Below are positions 38,457-51,593 of a stretch of 64,000 nt of DNA, in pieces (position 1 is the stretch's first letter; each line of letters opens with the position of its first letter). The notes under the pieces were generated by a model. It ran no database searches. It had not been told where the DNA came from and worked only from the letters and a program-made list of their open reading frames with translations. The stretch spans positions 31,000,001-31,064,000 of the forward strand of contig NC_088858.1 of NCBI RefSeq assembly GCF_963853765.1. The letters run 5' to 3'. A program made the position numbers and the translations under genes. Source of the DNA: Magallana gigas. Taxonomy: Eukaryota.

Positions 38457-39894
38457 GACTGTAGCGTAAATGAGCAACAATTTGGGGGTTATTTTTTAGC
38501 AGTTCCTGTCCAAAGTTCACTAACTGACAATGTGTGGATACGAGCACATTCGCTTTCACTATACAAGATGCAAAAGGGTGATTGTACCTCGAAAATATTT
38601 ATCCGAGTAGAGCATGCAGGAAACAACACATTAATTCAGAAACCGGAAATGTACACAATGTTCACGAGTTTCAACTGTGGAGGAAAAATAAAACGTATAT
38701 TTCACCGAATCAGTTTCTCCAATGCAAACGCATACATGATACAGACTAACATTCCAGATTTCACAAGGGGGTACATTTCACCGATAAAACATTCTATTTC
38801 GTCCCTAGAGTCGGCTAGATGTTTGTTTTCATGGGTAATGAACGGCCATAAATCAAGCGTATATATCCGTGGTTGCGGCGATCTGGCAATTATCAATGAA
38901 TTTCACTGTTATCAGGGAAGGCTTTATGGAGGAAGTATGTTTACAAAATTCCCATATTTGTCAAGCGAGTATTTTAAGGCTTTTTATATTTTGCATGTGT
39001 ATGCATTTGGGGCTTTAAACGGCGGGGTTTAAAAGGAAACTTAATCGGGAAATTTGCATAAAATTGAAAATAGATAATATGCATTGTTGCAAACGTTCAT
39101 GTAAGAAGGGGGTTTCTTTATTCAACAATGGTAACATGACTACGCTTTTCTATTTAAATATTTGAACAATGTGAATACAGCACCTTGAGCCTATAACTCT
39201 CTTTTAATATGTAAAATTGATATATTTACATTAATTTTATTTGTAAATATTATATTCTCTATAGTTTCATATCAGGCAAATTACGTTGTTTAAGCGGGGT
39301 TTTAGTCTGTATGCGTTGCATGTTCTTTATCAAATAACACTATATACCGATTGTTTTAAACGTTCGTTCTTTAACCATATATGTATTTGTCCATATTTAG
39401 TAGAATATAAAAAAAAAATTTCTAATAATACATTGATTGATAGAAACTCTCTATTTTATGCGCAGTGAAACGATTTTTCTGACAGAACTTTCTGTATCTG
39501 GTTTTTTTTTTTAGGTTCATCTAAATAATCAATGTTTAGGCAAAACTTTGACATTTTTATTAGCTCTATTAGCGTATGAGGTTTTGATAAAGACGCACCT
39601 CTATAAAAGAAAAGTCAAGTAAAAGTCCACGTGATTTTAAAAATAACTTACTTTATCCGTTCATTATTTCCCACTTTTATACACGTAAACTGTAAACTTT
39701 TAATAGATAAAAAAATTTATATTTTAGTGTCATTACGAGAAGAGTGTAGATCTAATGCAGTGTTGGATAGTTTACCCTACATTCACCAGATCTGTTCATA
39801 ACTCCATAAACACATTTTCATGTACTCTCAGATGGTTTCTTTAAAAAACACAAACTTTTCAGTTAACTGTGTAACTATATAATCCATTATATAA

Positions 39895-40252
39895 ATAGTG
39901 CATGTTTGGGAGGGTAACAGTTGAAATTGACACCCCGAGAAAACCATGGTCAACCGACGCGAAGCAGAGGTTGACAATGGTTTTCGAGGGGTGTCAATTT
40001 CAACTGTTATCCTCCCAAACAGGCACTATATATTTTGTTATACTGAATGTCTTAATTTTTAAGAAAATTTCACTTCTTTTATAGAGGAATAACGTGAATT
40101 CTACAGCGAACCGTACGCGCATAATTTTCGCGCATGTTACAATTTTTAATGTTACCCGTTGCTAAGTGCGTTGCTAACGCTGAGGGTAATAGAAAGGATT
40201 ATGAACTGCGTCTTAACCAATCAGATTTCAGTATTTAACATGAAAGTATAAC
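39895..40252 (+). mobile_element. Interspersed repeat beginning with a ~135-bp palindrome (39895-40030)
   Basis: atagtgcatgtttgggagggtaacagttgaaattgacacccc...ggggtgtcaatttcaactgttatcctcccaaacaggcactat. Downstream part matches 13200-13505. Confidence 0.75.
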
Positions 40253-40298
40253 AACACAATATGGTGTCGTAAAAATTGCGTACAACATATGGTTGAAA

Positions 40299-40385
40299 CC
40301 ATCTTCGCTAGCCAAGAGTGTCCGATCCGCTTTTTCTCATCTATTACCCAGGTATAGTGCAGTAGTAGAGAGCTAGCGAAGATAG
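40299..40385. mobile_element. 87-bp mini-insertion with 14-bp TIRs and a 7-8-bp target-site duplication
   Basis: (G)GTTGAAA|CCATCTTCGCTAGC...GCTAGCGAAGATAG|GTTGAAA. The paralogous site near 44942 is empty. Confidence 0.65.
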
Positions 40386-40464
40386 GTTGAAATGTAAACT
40401 TAAAATTCCCATTAACATGAATGACAAATAAACGTTATAAAATTGTAGAAGAAGTCTAAATTCG

Positions 40465-42034
40465 TTATTTATTTTTTTTCAAATTCTGAAAATATAGATG
40501 TTAAAGTATTTAAATATATGTTAGATGTAAAGTTCTTATAATGAAATCATATACGTTCTCTTTATAAACCTGTAAATGTTGCACATTGTTTCATCTAAAG
40601 TGATTACTTGTAACGGTGACTCATACTGATAGCTAGAGATTAAAAGAAAATTACATGTACATGTAATTTATCATTGGACCTTGATATGTAAATGTAATTA
40701 CATTTTTTGTGTTAATCATGAGGACTAATTTAATTCGGGTAAATGATATAATCTGTTGTGTACATCAATGGGTAATACCTACATATAATTGCTCCATTTA
40801 GATACAATGATCCTGTGTTTCAGTTTAAAGTGTTTGTCACTAAACTTAAATTGTCAAGTTAGACATACAATTTCAACTTATTTACGTCCTTCTAAAACTC
40901 TTTAATATTTCTATAGCAAAATATTATGTGCGTTTTTATGTTCATACTAAACAGTGATGAACTATTAAAATGTTTATTATCGTATTTCCAAGTTATTTTC
41001 AAACTTTCTTATTTTTTTCTCTCTGATTTCGAAAACTCTGATCGAATTCCTTATTTTCCTCACTTGTACCCTTTTTATCAATTTATTTTTTCAAAATTTC
41101 AAAATAATACACCCCTTCCTCTGTCCCCCACATGCATAATGTCGCATGATAACAATCGGTCTTCATTTTTAGAAATGACCTTGAGGAGGTCAGTGTAGTG
41201 ACCTTGATAGTTGATGAGCCCGTCCCAGTCGGCGTCCGCCTCCCAGGTATTCTCCTCCACCTTTTTCGTCCGTCAGCTTCTCCCCCAGGTTCGTCATCAA
41301 AAGTCGGAGGTCGCGTACTTGAATGAGTCCTGTGTTGTCCCTGTTTAGCACTTTTAACGCTGATATCATCTCCTCTTTAGAGTCCGTATCTTTCATTTTC
41401 TTGCCCATCATTTGAGGAAACTCGTCAAAATCGATTGTTCCGTTTCCTGTTTGAAACGTTATCGTGATAAAAAGCAAGCATTCACTTTAATTTAATACAT
41501 ATTCACTTGATAAAGTGAAATTGTTTCGCATTACTTTCACTTGGTTTTTGAATGCAAGAATAATATGCACTGAACATGAACACACTGAATGTAAAAATTT
41601 CGAAGTTAAACTCACGCGAGACACGATTTACCCGTATAACCACCAAAAACTCTTTTTCTAAAAGTATAGTAATTTAAAATTTACCATTTTATAAATAACC
41701 GTTTCATTCCAACGAGCACATGTAATAGTAGTAATTTTAACTAAGTTATACGTGATTTTACCGCCAACATCGACTTCCTGTTTCATTTCCTGTAGTTCCG
41801 ACTCCGTGGGGTTCTGACCCAGTGACCTCATAACGGTCCCCAACTCTTTGGTTTTGATGATCTTGTCCCCATCCTTGTCAAAAAGTCTGAAATCTTCCTT
41901 GAATTCTGTAAAACTAAAATGATATTCATCCGTATGCATGCATGTATTGTTGCCTTTTTTTATAAAATGGGAGATCCAAATATTTATTCATGAATACCTA
42001 AGATTTGCTCCTTTGATAATTCTGAAACCAAATC
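40465..42034 (-). pseudogene. Calmodulin-like pseudogene, locus C (decayed duplicate of locus D)
   Basis: Exons 42034-41998, 41905-41762, 41446-41203. Exon 4 is 244 nt versus 243 in D (+1 in GACGAAAAAGGTG). Substitutions hit conserved sites (EFPQ, VLNRD). The last exon is reduced to a remnant at ~40465-40484, and the ATG exon seen in D is absent at the aligned site (~44420). Confidence 0.85.
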
Positions 42035-43788
42035 CTACAAAAGGTGAATTCATTATAACTATAAACTTACTTATATTATCATAAATCATAACGATTTTCT
42101 TATATATAAAGGGTTAATAGTGATCATGATGCAATTATGCCTGACGACTTGAAAATGATAATGATGAGAATGTGACTTTTCCCCATTAATTTACAGAAAT
42201 ATTTTATGAATAATAGGATGTAAATTTTTCTTTTGGTAGGTATGACATAACAAGCTATGGCTGCATAACAATTTTTAAAATATTTTAAAAACTGATATAG
42301 GTGGAGTTTCCTTTTCTGTGCTGTAAATAAATTTTTGAACAGGCTCTGTTGTTACCCTTTTATGGAAATAATCGGTAAGTGATCAATACATCCTCAATTG
42401 ACATTATTTTTAGTGACCAAGGAACTTTATAATAGATTTCGGTCCACTTCTTTCTTATATTTCTGGAATCACACACAACAGGAACCTATTGGCAACATCA
42501 GCTGCAACTTGTTATGGCAGAATATTTTCAAGATAATCAATCAAAGTTCCGAAGAACTGACGGGAGTTGATTTTATCGATGTTTATTTATTTTAAAATCA
42601 ATGATATGTTATTTTCAAGTACAGGTAGTTTCTAATCTGTATTTGAATTACGCACATTTTTATAATATGAATTTTCGGCCTTTTTCGACACAAGAATGTT
42701 GATAAAACCCCATATGAATCATGTTAAGTAATATTTAAAGATAGAATAAATTCAATCAAACTATGTATCAGTGATAGAAATATTTCTGGAAAATTTATGG
42801 ATCCAAGCAATATTGAACTCTCGTCTCGTTCATCCAAAGGCTCGGCTATCGCCGTTAATCCCCGACAAGCAAGAGAGACTCTCTGCTTGTCGGAGATTTA
42901 CGGAGACAGCCGAACGTCGAGTTGAACGAGACTATGTTGAACTCTGGCGTAAGAATACATACAACTACAAAAAATATCTAAATTGTTCGTACCATTTAAA
43001 ATTTGACTATTTTCCAGGTATTTATAAATATGTTTCCTTGAAAAACAATGCTTTAGCATATACATTATTTCGAATTTATCAATTATTCTCAAGAACTAAT
43101 TCTTGTCAGCGGCGATGATTTGTGCTTTGGTCCAAACACTGTTTCACTTTCGGTTTGTCAGAGTAACTGCATAGGAGAGTTGATTAAAATCAACTCCCAA
43201 AAATTAAAGCTATTCACTAACAAGAATGTATACCAGTCCTGTCAGTAGAATATAATTATGCATATACTTAAATAAAAAATGCTTTATTGATGATTCATGC
43301 GGGACATGAAGGTGGCGACACTGCAGAAAAAATTCACATAACCCGCTAACACGGGTTATGTAATTTTTTCTGCAATGATCGCTTCCTTCATAAAGTACCC
43401 GCATGAATCTTCATTGAAAGCATTTTATTGTTTATATTTACATTTTTCTTTTAACAAATTGATATAATGATTGTAAAAATTAAGTTAAAATTACTAAATG
43501 TACATCAGCCAAATCGTCTCCTTTAGGAATTGAGTCTGATATCATCATGATTACATGTACTTCGTGCAGTCTGTGATTTTTTTTAGGTAACTGTAAGTTC
43601 GACCAATCAATAAACGGGGCTATGAATAAATTAAAGTTTCCGTTAAAGTAGAGAGAATCGGGCCTACTCAGTAGATGTAAATATAAATAGTTTTTGTGTG
43701 TAGTAGGTTAGGAATTTATAATGAGCAAAAACATAAGTGTCGGATAAAATCTAATTCTTCGCATATTGAGGTACAGATAAACTGCTTT

Positions 43789-44030
43789 TAGAACCATTTT
43801 AACAAGGCCTTAGACTTTCAGTGGGACGAAGCTATTTTTTTTCCGTCAAAATAAGTTAAATATGGCGCTGGTTTCAAGTGAAATATACACAGATTGCGTA
43901 GTCTAAGCTCAAAAGCCAGACAAATTTTGTTAATTTCAAAGAGTCATGGCTAAGTGGCCTACAATGAAACAGACAGGCCTACGTCACATTGTTGTTTGAC
44001 ACCAACTACCCAAAGTCCAGGCTGGTTCTA
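43789..44030. mobile_element. TAGAACC-TIR MITE, copy 3 (right TIR internally deleted)
   Basis: Same left TIR and interior as the copies at 15478 and 33703. Confidence 0.75.
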
Positions 44031-45028
44031 TTTCATTTTTATATGCTGCAAGAGGGGTACCAAGATCGCTTTTGCATATGTATCATATACATCGCTGGCT
44101 TAAAGATAAACACTTAAAACACCGTTTGACACCATGATACCCAAGAAAGCTTGGACCCGTAGACCTACTTTAATCACCAATAAAGTCAAATATACGTAAA
44201 AAAAAAAAAAAAAAAAAAAATCGGCGGGCAAACTCAAATATATCCCAGCATTATTTGATATTACATTTAATTTTTTACAAACACGAGTCAAATGAACCTT
44301 ATTTTTAGTGAGGCATATCATATTTTTTCTGGGGTTTTTTTTTGGGGGGGGGGGGGGTATTTTTCTTTTTTTTTCTTTTTTTGTGTGTTTTGTTTACAAA
44401 CTAACAAGTACTTGCAGGCAAAAACAGAAAAGAAGTCTCTGTTTACTGGGTATAACGCTTTTTTTAGTTTGGGGAAAATCTTGTTAGGAATTGTATCGAC
44501 AACATTTTACTGGGCCTGAGGTATCCAATCTCTTACTGGCAGGTAAACAGGGACCAATACCACCGATTTGTCAACCATTAACCAAAAGGAGCTACCAAAT
44601 CGTCCAAATTACTTTAGGATATCTGACTTTATCTGTCCTGCCTACAAATATTAACTTACAAAACACAAACATGAATAATTCTGGTATTATAAGCAAAATT
44701 TATTAAACACTACACGTCAAATTAGTGCACAGTGCACCTCGTGCAGTCTTGGATTATTTACCTTACATGCACCAGCTACCTTCATAACTCCATAAATACA
44801 ATTACATGTATTCTCAAATGATTTTTTAACAATGCGGTGTTATACACAACCTTTTAATTTAACTTTGTAACTGTATATTAATCAATTACATTTGCGCAAG
44901 CATTACAGAATTTTTCGATGCATCAAAATTGCGTATAGATGATTGAAATGTAAACTTGTAGTTCACATTGTAGATGAATGACAAATAAATGCTATCAAAT
45001 TGTAGAGATGTCTAAATCCGCCAATTTA

Positions 45029-47587
45029 TCATCTTTTACCGGTCATCATCGCCACAAATTCTGCAAAAAAGATATGTTAAAATACGTACGTTAAAATTGC
45101 TAAAAGGAAATCTTAGTAAGACGTTTTAGATCTCTTTATAAACATGTAAATAATACACATTGTTTTATTTAAACAAATTATTTTTAACGGCGAATCATTG
45201 CTACGTGCGTAGACATTAGACAAAAAATATTTATTACTGGACCTTGATAACTCCATGGGAAACATTTTTTGATAATATCATTATCTGTCCCTTTTCAAAA
45301 TGAACTATATGATTCTGTTAAATGAAATAATTTATATCTAATAACACTCAGCCCTTATTTTTAGAAATGACATTGAGGAGGTCAGTGTAGTGACCTTGAT
45401 AGTTGATGAGGCCGTCCCCGTCCATGTCCGCCTCCCTGATCATCTCTTCCACCTCCTCGTCCGTCAGCTTCTCCCCCAGGTTCGTCATCACGTTCCTCAG
45501 GTTGGGTCCGTTAATGTAGCCTGTGTTGTCCCTGTCGAACACTTTGAACGCTGACTTCAGCTCTTCTTCGGAGTCCGTGTCTTTCATCTTCTTGGCCATC
45601 ATTTGAAGAAACTCGTCAAAATCGATTGTTCCGTTTCCTTTTTAAAACGTAAAATATACACATACAATACAAATGTATGCAAGGAATGACAAGATTGATT
45701 GGTTAGATAAAATATTGTATATAGTAATTCCACTTATGCCTTTTCTATATAATAATATCTGTAAATTCAGTGCACATATATAACGGGGTTTTTTTTAAAA
45801 AGTTTTTTGGGGGTTTGGGGTGGGGTTTTTTTTTTGGTCTATTCTTAGGCATTATTAAGGAAAGTATGTAGCCACTTGTATATCTTGTAAATTTATCGTG
45901 ATAAAAAGCAAACATTCACTTAGACAATACTCATTTGAGTTCACCTAGAGTGAATATAAGTAAAATTGCTTCGCATGAATTCCACGTGATTCTGAATGCT
46001 AGAAAAATACGCACTATACAAGACTTCACGAAAATCTTTTCATGTGAGTGCTCTTTACACGTAAAAATTGCCTTAAAATTTCCACGAAAATTCATGCGAC
46101 ACAATATACCGGTATAACTGCAAAAAAGATTCTTTGCTAAAAAGCATGGTGATTAATTAAAAACTTTACCATTTCCTAAATATCAGTTTCATTCCAACAA
46201 GTAAGAGATTTTTACCGTCAACATCGACTTCCTGTACCATTTCCTGTAGTTCCGACTCCGTGGGGTTCTGACCCAGTGACCTCATAACGGTCCCCAACTC
46301 TTTGGTTGTGATGGTTTCGTCTCCATCTTTGTCAAATAGGCTGAAAGCTTCTTTGAATTCTTAAAATATATTTTAAAATGGTATTTATTCGGATGCATGC
46401 GTATTTTGTTGCTTTATAAACTGGGAAAACCAAATATTTATTCGTGTTTACCTAAAATTTGCTCCTCTGATAATTCTGCAACCAAATCCTACAAAAAGGT
46501 GAGGACATGGTCATTGTGATTTCAACCTTACTACATGTACATATCCTGAAGTATTACGATATTCTCATTCATACGGGTAAAAAAAATATATAATTATTGC
46601 ATCATGTCTGTCGATTTGAAACAAAAACCAAAACCTTTCCTCTTATTTTAGTGTTTAACAAATTACAGGACTATTTAATATAAATAATATTAAAATTTAG
46701 ATTTTGCATTTGGTAAGTAGGACACAACGTGCAATGGATCCATAACATTTTTTAAATTTATTTTTTTTAAAGTAAGTTGGTGGAGTTTCGTTTTCTGAGG
46801 TGTCATTAATATTATGGAACAGGCTCTACTGTGGCCCTTTTATGAAAAAGAAAATCTATGTCAATAACAATTAGCAAATGATCTAGCATTCCTCGGTTGA
46901 CATCAGTTTTTGGTGACAAACATAGTTTTCCGCCTACTTCTTTCATATACTGCTGGAAAAACACATAGCAGAAACAAACTGATAACATCAACTGCAACTT
47001 TTAGTGAAATGGCAGATTTTTTTCCCAAAATGATTTAAAACATGTATTTACAAAGGAGAAAATAAGCATGTATGCAGCTGACTTTAAACGGGAATAGCCC
47101 TTTTATCACGGGACATTCGAATGTAAAATTTTGGGATATCGAATTTCAAGTCTCTACAATTTAAAAGAAACTTTGATTTTGACTTCATGGACACTTTTAA
47201 AAGCATTTATTAGAAGCAAAGAAATGTGTCGGTTAAAATCTGATTCTCTGCATATTGGGGTACAAATAAAATTCTGTGATAAATTTTCATATGCTGCCAG
47301 TGAGGTAACAAGATCGTTTTTGCATATGTCGCATTGCTTCGTGTTATATTGCCTTCGAAGTCTTATTAAAAACACACCTTCTATCACTATGATATAAGAA
47401 GGATAGGCAGACGACTAAAAACTCCAATAAAGTCTTATATCAAATTCTGGAAAATTAGCATTGTTTGATAATACACTAAAAATTTTACCAACACGAGTCA
47501 AATGAACCTGTTTTCAGTTAGGTTTTCAGCATTTTTCGAGTTTGTTTTTTTAGTTTTGTTTATAAATCAGCAAGTACTTACAGCCAT
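45029..47587 (-). CDS. Calmodulin-like protein, locus D (~153 aa; closest to canonical CaM in the N-lobe)
   Basis: Exons 47587-47582 (ATG GCT|GTAAGT; least certain), 46488-46452, 46359-46216, 45637-45395, 45060-45029. Protein: [52 protein letters not shown]...[21 protein letters not shown]. Confidence 0.87.
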
Positions 47588-49042
47588 AATGGTTTAATCC
47601 AAATCAGTAAAGAAATCTCATGTGCAGATCTTGAGACGAAACCTATTGTTCAAATCCTCTAGCGACACTTAATCTAATTCTTGACTTATCATTAGCTATA
47701 GACGCCTGATCCGATCATCCGTTTAAAATACAACTATTAGTTGGTGGCTCAATTACTTCGGCCATGCATTTAAATCAAAAACCATCAGCCCCCATGGATC
47801 ATCCAAGACTTTAGTAAATCGTTCACTTCAGAGATTAAAAAAAAATTATAACAGATCGATACCCAGAAATCGAAAAAGTTTTGGCGACCAGGGCCGGGAG
47901 CGTTGGGGTAGTTTAGTTTTGCTGTTTACTGGGTATAATGATTTTTTTAGTTCGTGGGTAAAACCATTTAAGAATCATAATTGTCCATTTTATCGGCAAT
48001 ATTTTACTAGGGCTGAGGTTTCCGATCTCCTACTGGCTGAGTAAACAAGGACTCAGGTTAATACGACAGATTTGTCAATCAAGGACCAAAAGGGGCTACC
48101 ATACGTCTTTTTTATGTGAGAAAAGAGGGTATATTAATGGTTATATGATACGGCCTTCATTCCCGGGATTAGGGGACAGTTACTAGTAGTAAGAAATGTG
48201 GGTTATCTGTACGAATATAGAATTTGGTTCTCCTGGCTCTACCCTGTCTTTGTTTGACATGATAGTGGTCGATGTTTGATAAAGAATGGTGTAAAGTGGG
48301 GTCTACATGATGCGTGCGTTCTTTGGCACTTCTCAATTTTTGAATTTATTTTCTCGAAACTTGTGTGAAGGTTTTACTTTCAAGGCCAGTAGGCTATCAG
48401 AACATTGCCCTTTTTTAACAGATATTGCACGTCTTGATAATTTTCATATCCATCTAACATTTCTCGAGTGCGGATAAAGAGAATATTTTCCTTTAGTATC
48501 ATAGGAAACAATATTAAATTACGACCTTTCTATAGAGTTGATTACATTTTGTCCATTGGTAAGTTACTTAGCTGGTGACCAAAAATATTCTTCTTTTACC
48601 AGGAAAAAGAGAAGTAGGAAAACTCCCCGTAATTATGTATTTCATCATTCTCCTCTTTTACCCTTATTTTTTGGCTATTTTGATGATTAATGTAAGATTC
48701 TGTTATCAATTTTTTTTTTTAAATAGGGTGTCTATAATGTACAGAAAACGTGACGTATTTCCGCTTGAAAACCGACATTGTCGCAAGCTTTTCAATAAAG
48801 TAATTTCGTCCGAAGCTATCTAAATGTAAATATTAGATTGATGCGCTGTCTGCATCTTCTTTTAAGAACAAAGTAAGACATCAGAGATGAATTATACACA
48901 GAATGGACGGAATCATTTATTCACATACAAGTTTCATTCACATAACAATAATAACTCTCATTTTCACAAGTTCTCGTTCGAATTCATACAAAAAGGATTC
49001 TCTATTGCAATGTTTTGCTACAAGCGCATCGATGATCCAGAT

Positions 49043-51533
49043 TCAAGGATTGGCGTCATTCATCATGGCTACGAATTCTACAAAAAGAAGAAGATTTTTT
49101 ACTTGTCTAGACTTTGTATTTTGACAAGAAAATTAATTTTCATATCACAGACAAAAAATTAAAACATTGGAGATAATGTTACATGAGAAAATATATACTT
49201 TTTTAAATATTATCAGTATGACGTAAAAATGTGTTAACTTAGACTTGCATTATTAAAATCTACATGAAAATAATATCAAATATGTCAGAAATAGAGACTA
49301 AACAATACAATACATATTAAACAAAATTGAGGAGATATATTTGATATTCCATTATCTTTAATATATAGAATATTATATTTTTGACAGTACTTCAATTTGT
49401 GCAACAGGGAAAAATTAAGATGCTATCGTAGATGACCTTGCCTATGCTCGTACATGTACATGTATGCCCTAGAAAACTTTAAAACCTTTTTTTAAGAATA
49501 AGGAAAACTTAAACGCCAAGTTCGTATTGAACACCACGTTCTTGTCGATTTTGATTGACACTTGACATTTCATCAAGTATCTCCGTATATATTGAATATA
49601 TTCTCGAGCTTAAGTGTTATTATTTTGTTTACAAGCAGATCGTGTTAGCTAAAGCAAATTAACAGTACTTATCTATTACAGAGGAGAGACAGTTATAAAC
49701 TGAATAGCTAAGATCGACTTATCTCGTGAACAATTACTTCCGATTTTTTTTCCAATTTAGGGATATTTTTTAACGCTAGTACCACGCACTTTTTTACGAT
49801 AGAGCTGGGGATTTTTCCACGAATTTTACAAACCACGCAGTGTCACAGTGGCTTATCGGTCCTTATATGGGCAAATCCCGATTTTAATCAATGAAATGAT
49901 TAATTACTTTCCAATAATTGCCTATTGGATTACGGAACATCGATTTCCATAGTAACGGCTTGGTCACGTTGCCATGGGTACAATATTTATCTGTTTGTTT
50001 TATCGTATACATTTGGAAGAGACTATCTCATAAATGACAAGAGCTGGGGAGAGGGGGTCACCACAATGTTCTATATATACAATGTCCGTACAAGTATGAT
50101 ATCTGATCTCACGATCCAAAGACGTTATATTCTAACGGAGCGCTGACACCATGGTAACATTAATATTTCAAGGTCGCTTGTTGTACAAAATAGCAGTTAC
50201 AGTAGCAAAAAAAAAATAGCGAATACGAAAACTTCAAATCGTCAATCGTCAAACACAATTTAAAACTGTTTCTTGAATGTAGTCACGATAATTGATTAAC
50301 AATATTTTAGCAAAACACACTCAATAAGGAAACTTATTCTCTTGAAGTTTTATATCTAGCTAGAATGAAAATACTGCTCTCTTGAGCTTTTTTTCCTCCC
50401 TCAATTGTTACGTAGGAATTTAAAGGGCTGAAAATGGTGTCAAAGCTTTATTGAAGAGATTATAAATTCCTCCATACGATAATAGGTGTTGATATGATAC
50501 CACATGCATAAAACCCATTTACTCATCACAAAGTCTGGCTTCAAGGGTTAACGCTACGATGAATAGCAACGAACGGTTTTTAAACGTGAAATCTTTTATC
50601 AATTCTTTTCTATGGCGATTCACCTCCACATTATGCATGCATTTACATACATGTCAAGCTCATTTTTTTTATGAATTACATACACACACCCGTAGAGGTT
50701 TTATCATACCCGGATTGCACTGTGTTAAATGATGTATACCGGATAGGTTTACAAATGAAATGAGGTTCAACATTTATTGACAAGAAATTTTTCCAGATTG
50801 AGTCAACAGTCGTCCCGAATACTCAAATCAAACAAAGTCAAAGATTTTCATTTAGTCAATTTCTTTTTGCATGTACTAGTTATATGGTACATCTATCTAA
50901 GGGATTTAATTTTTTTTCTTAACATCAGTTTCAAAATGGACTTTAAGGGTGAAAAACCTGATGGTAAAACTATTATTGGATGCTTGTCACCAGTTCTGTG
51001 TTTTTAAGTCAGAATAAAATTCGTATCAATATGTAATACATCCTCCAAGTGATTCATAGTCTATGGAGAAACAGTCATGAAATCATTGATGATATTGAAA
51101 ATGTGTTAATGTGTAAAAGACGGAACCATAAAACCAGAGAAAGTAATCAGCGACTTGCCTTCGAAGTCGATTTCTCCGTCGCCGTCCAGATCGGCCTTGT
51201 CAATCATCGCATCGATCTCCTCCTCTGTGTAGTCGTTAGACATCATAGACATCATCATCTCTTTGAGTTCCGATCGATCAATGGATCCGCTCCCGTCCGC
51301 GTCTATCTCCTTGAAGGCATCGCGCAGCTGTTCTATGGGGTCAGTTGACCGCATTTTGTGGGTCATGATTTGTAAGAAGGCTTCTAAGTCTAATCTACTG
51401 CTACCTGCAAAATGAAAACATCAAATATATTTAAAATGAATACCTAATTATAGATGGTAATTAAAAATTACATATAATTTAATGCGAATACTTTGCTAAT
51501 TTAAGATATAGAATATTTCATTTTTTGCACAAG

Positions 51534-51593
<60 letters not shown>

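Noticed and set aside
48098-48102. Alternative ATG-only first exon for locus D (ATG|GTAGCC)
   Set aside because: Weak donor; ATG GCT|GTAAGT at 47587-47582 is a better match and gives a CaM-like MAD start.
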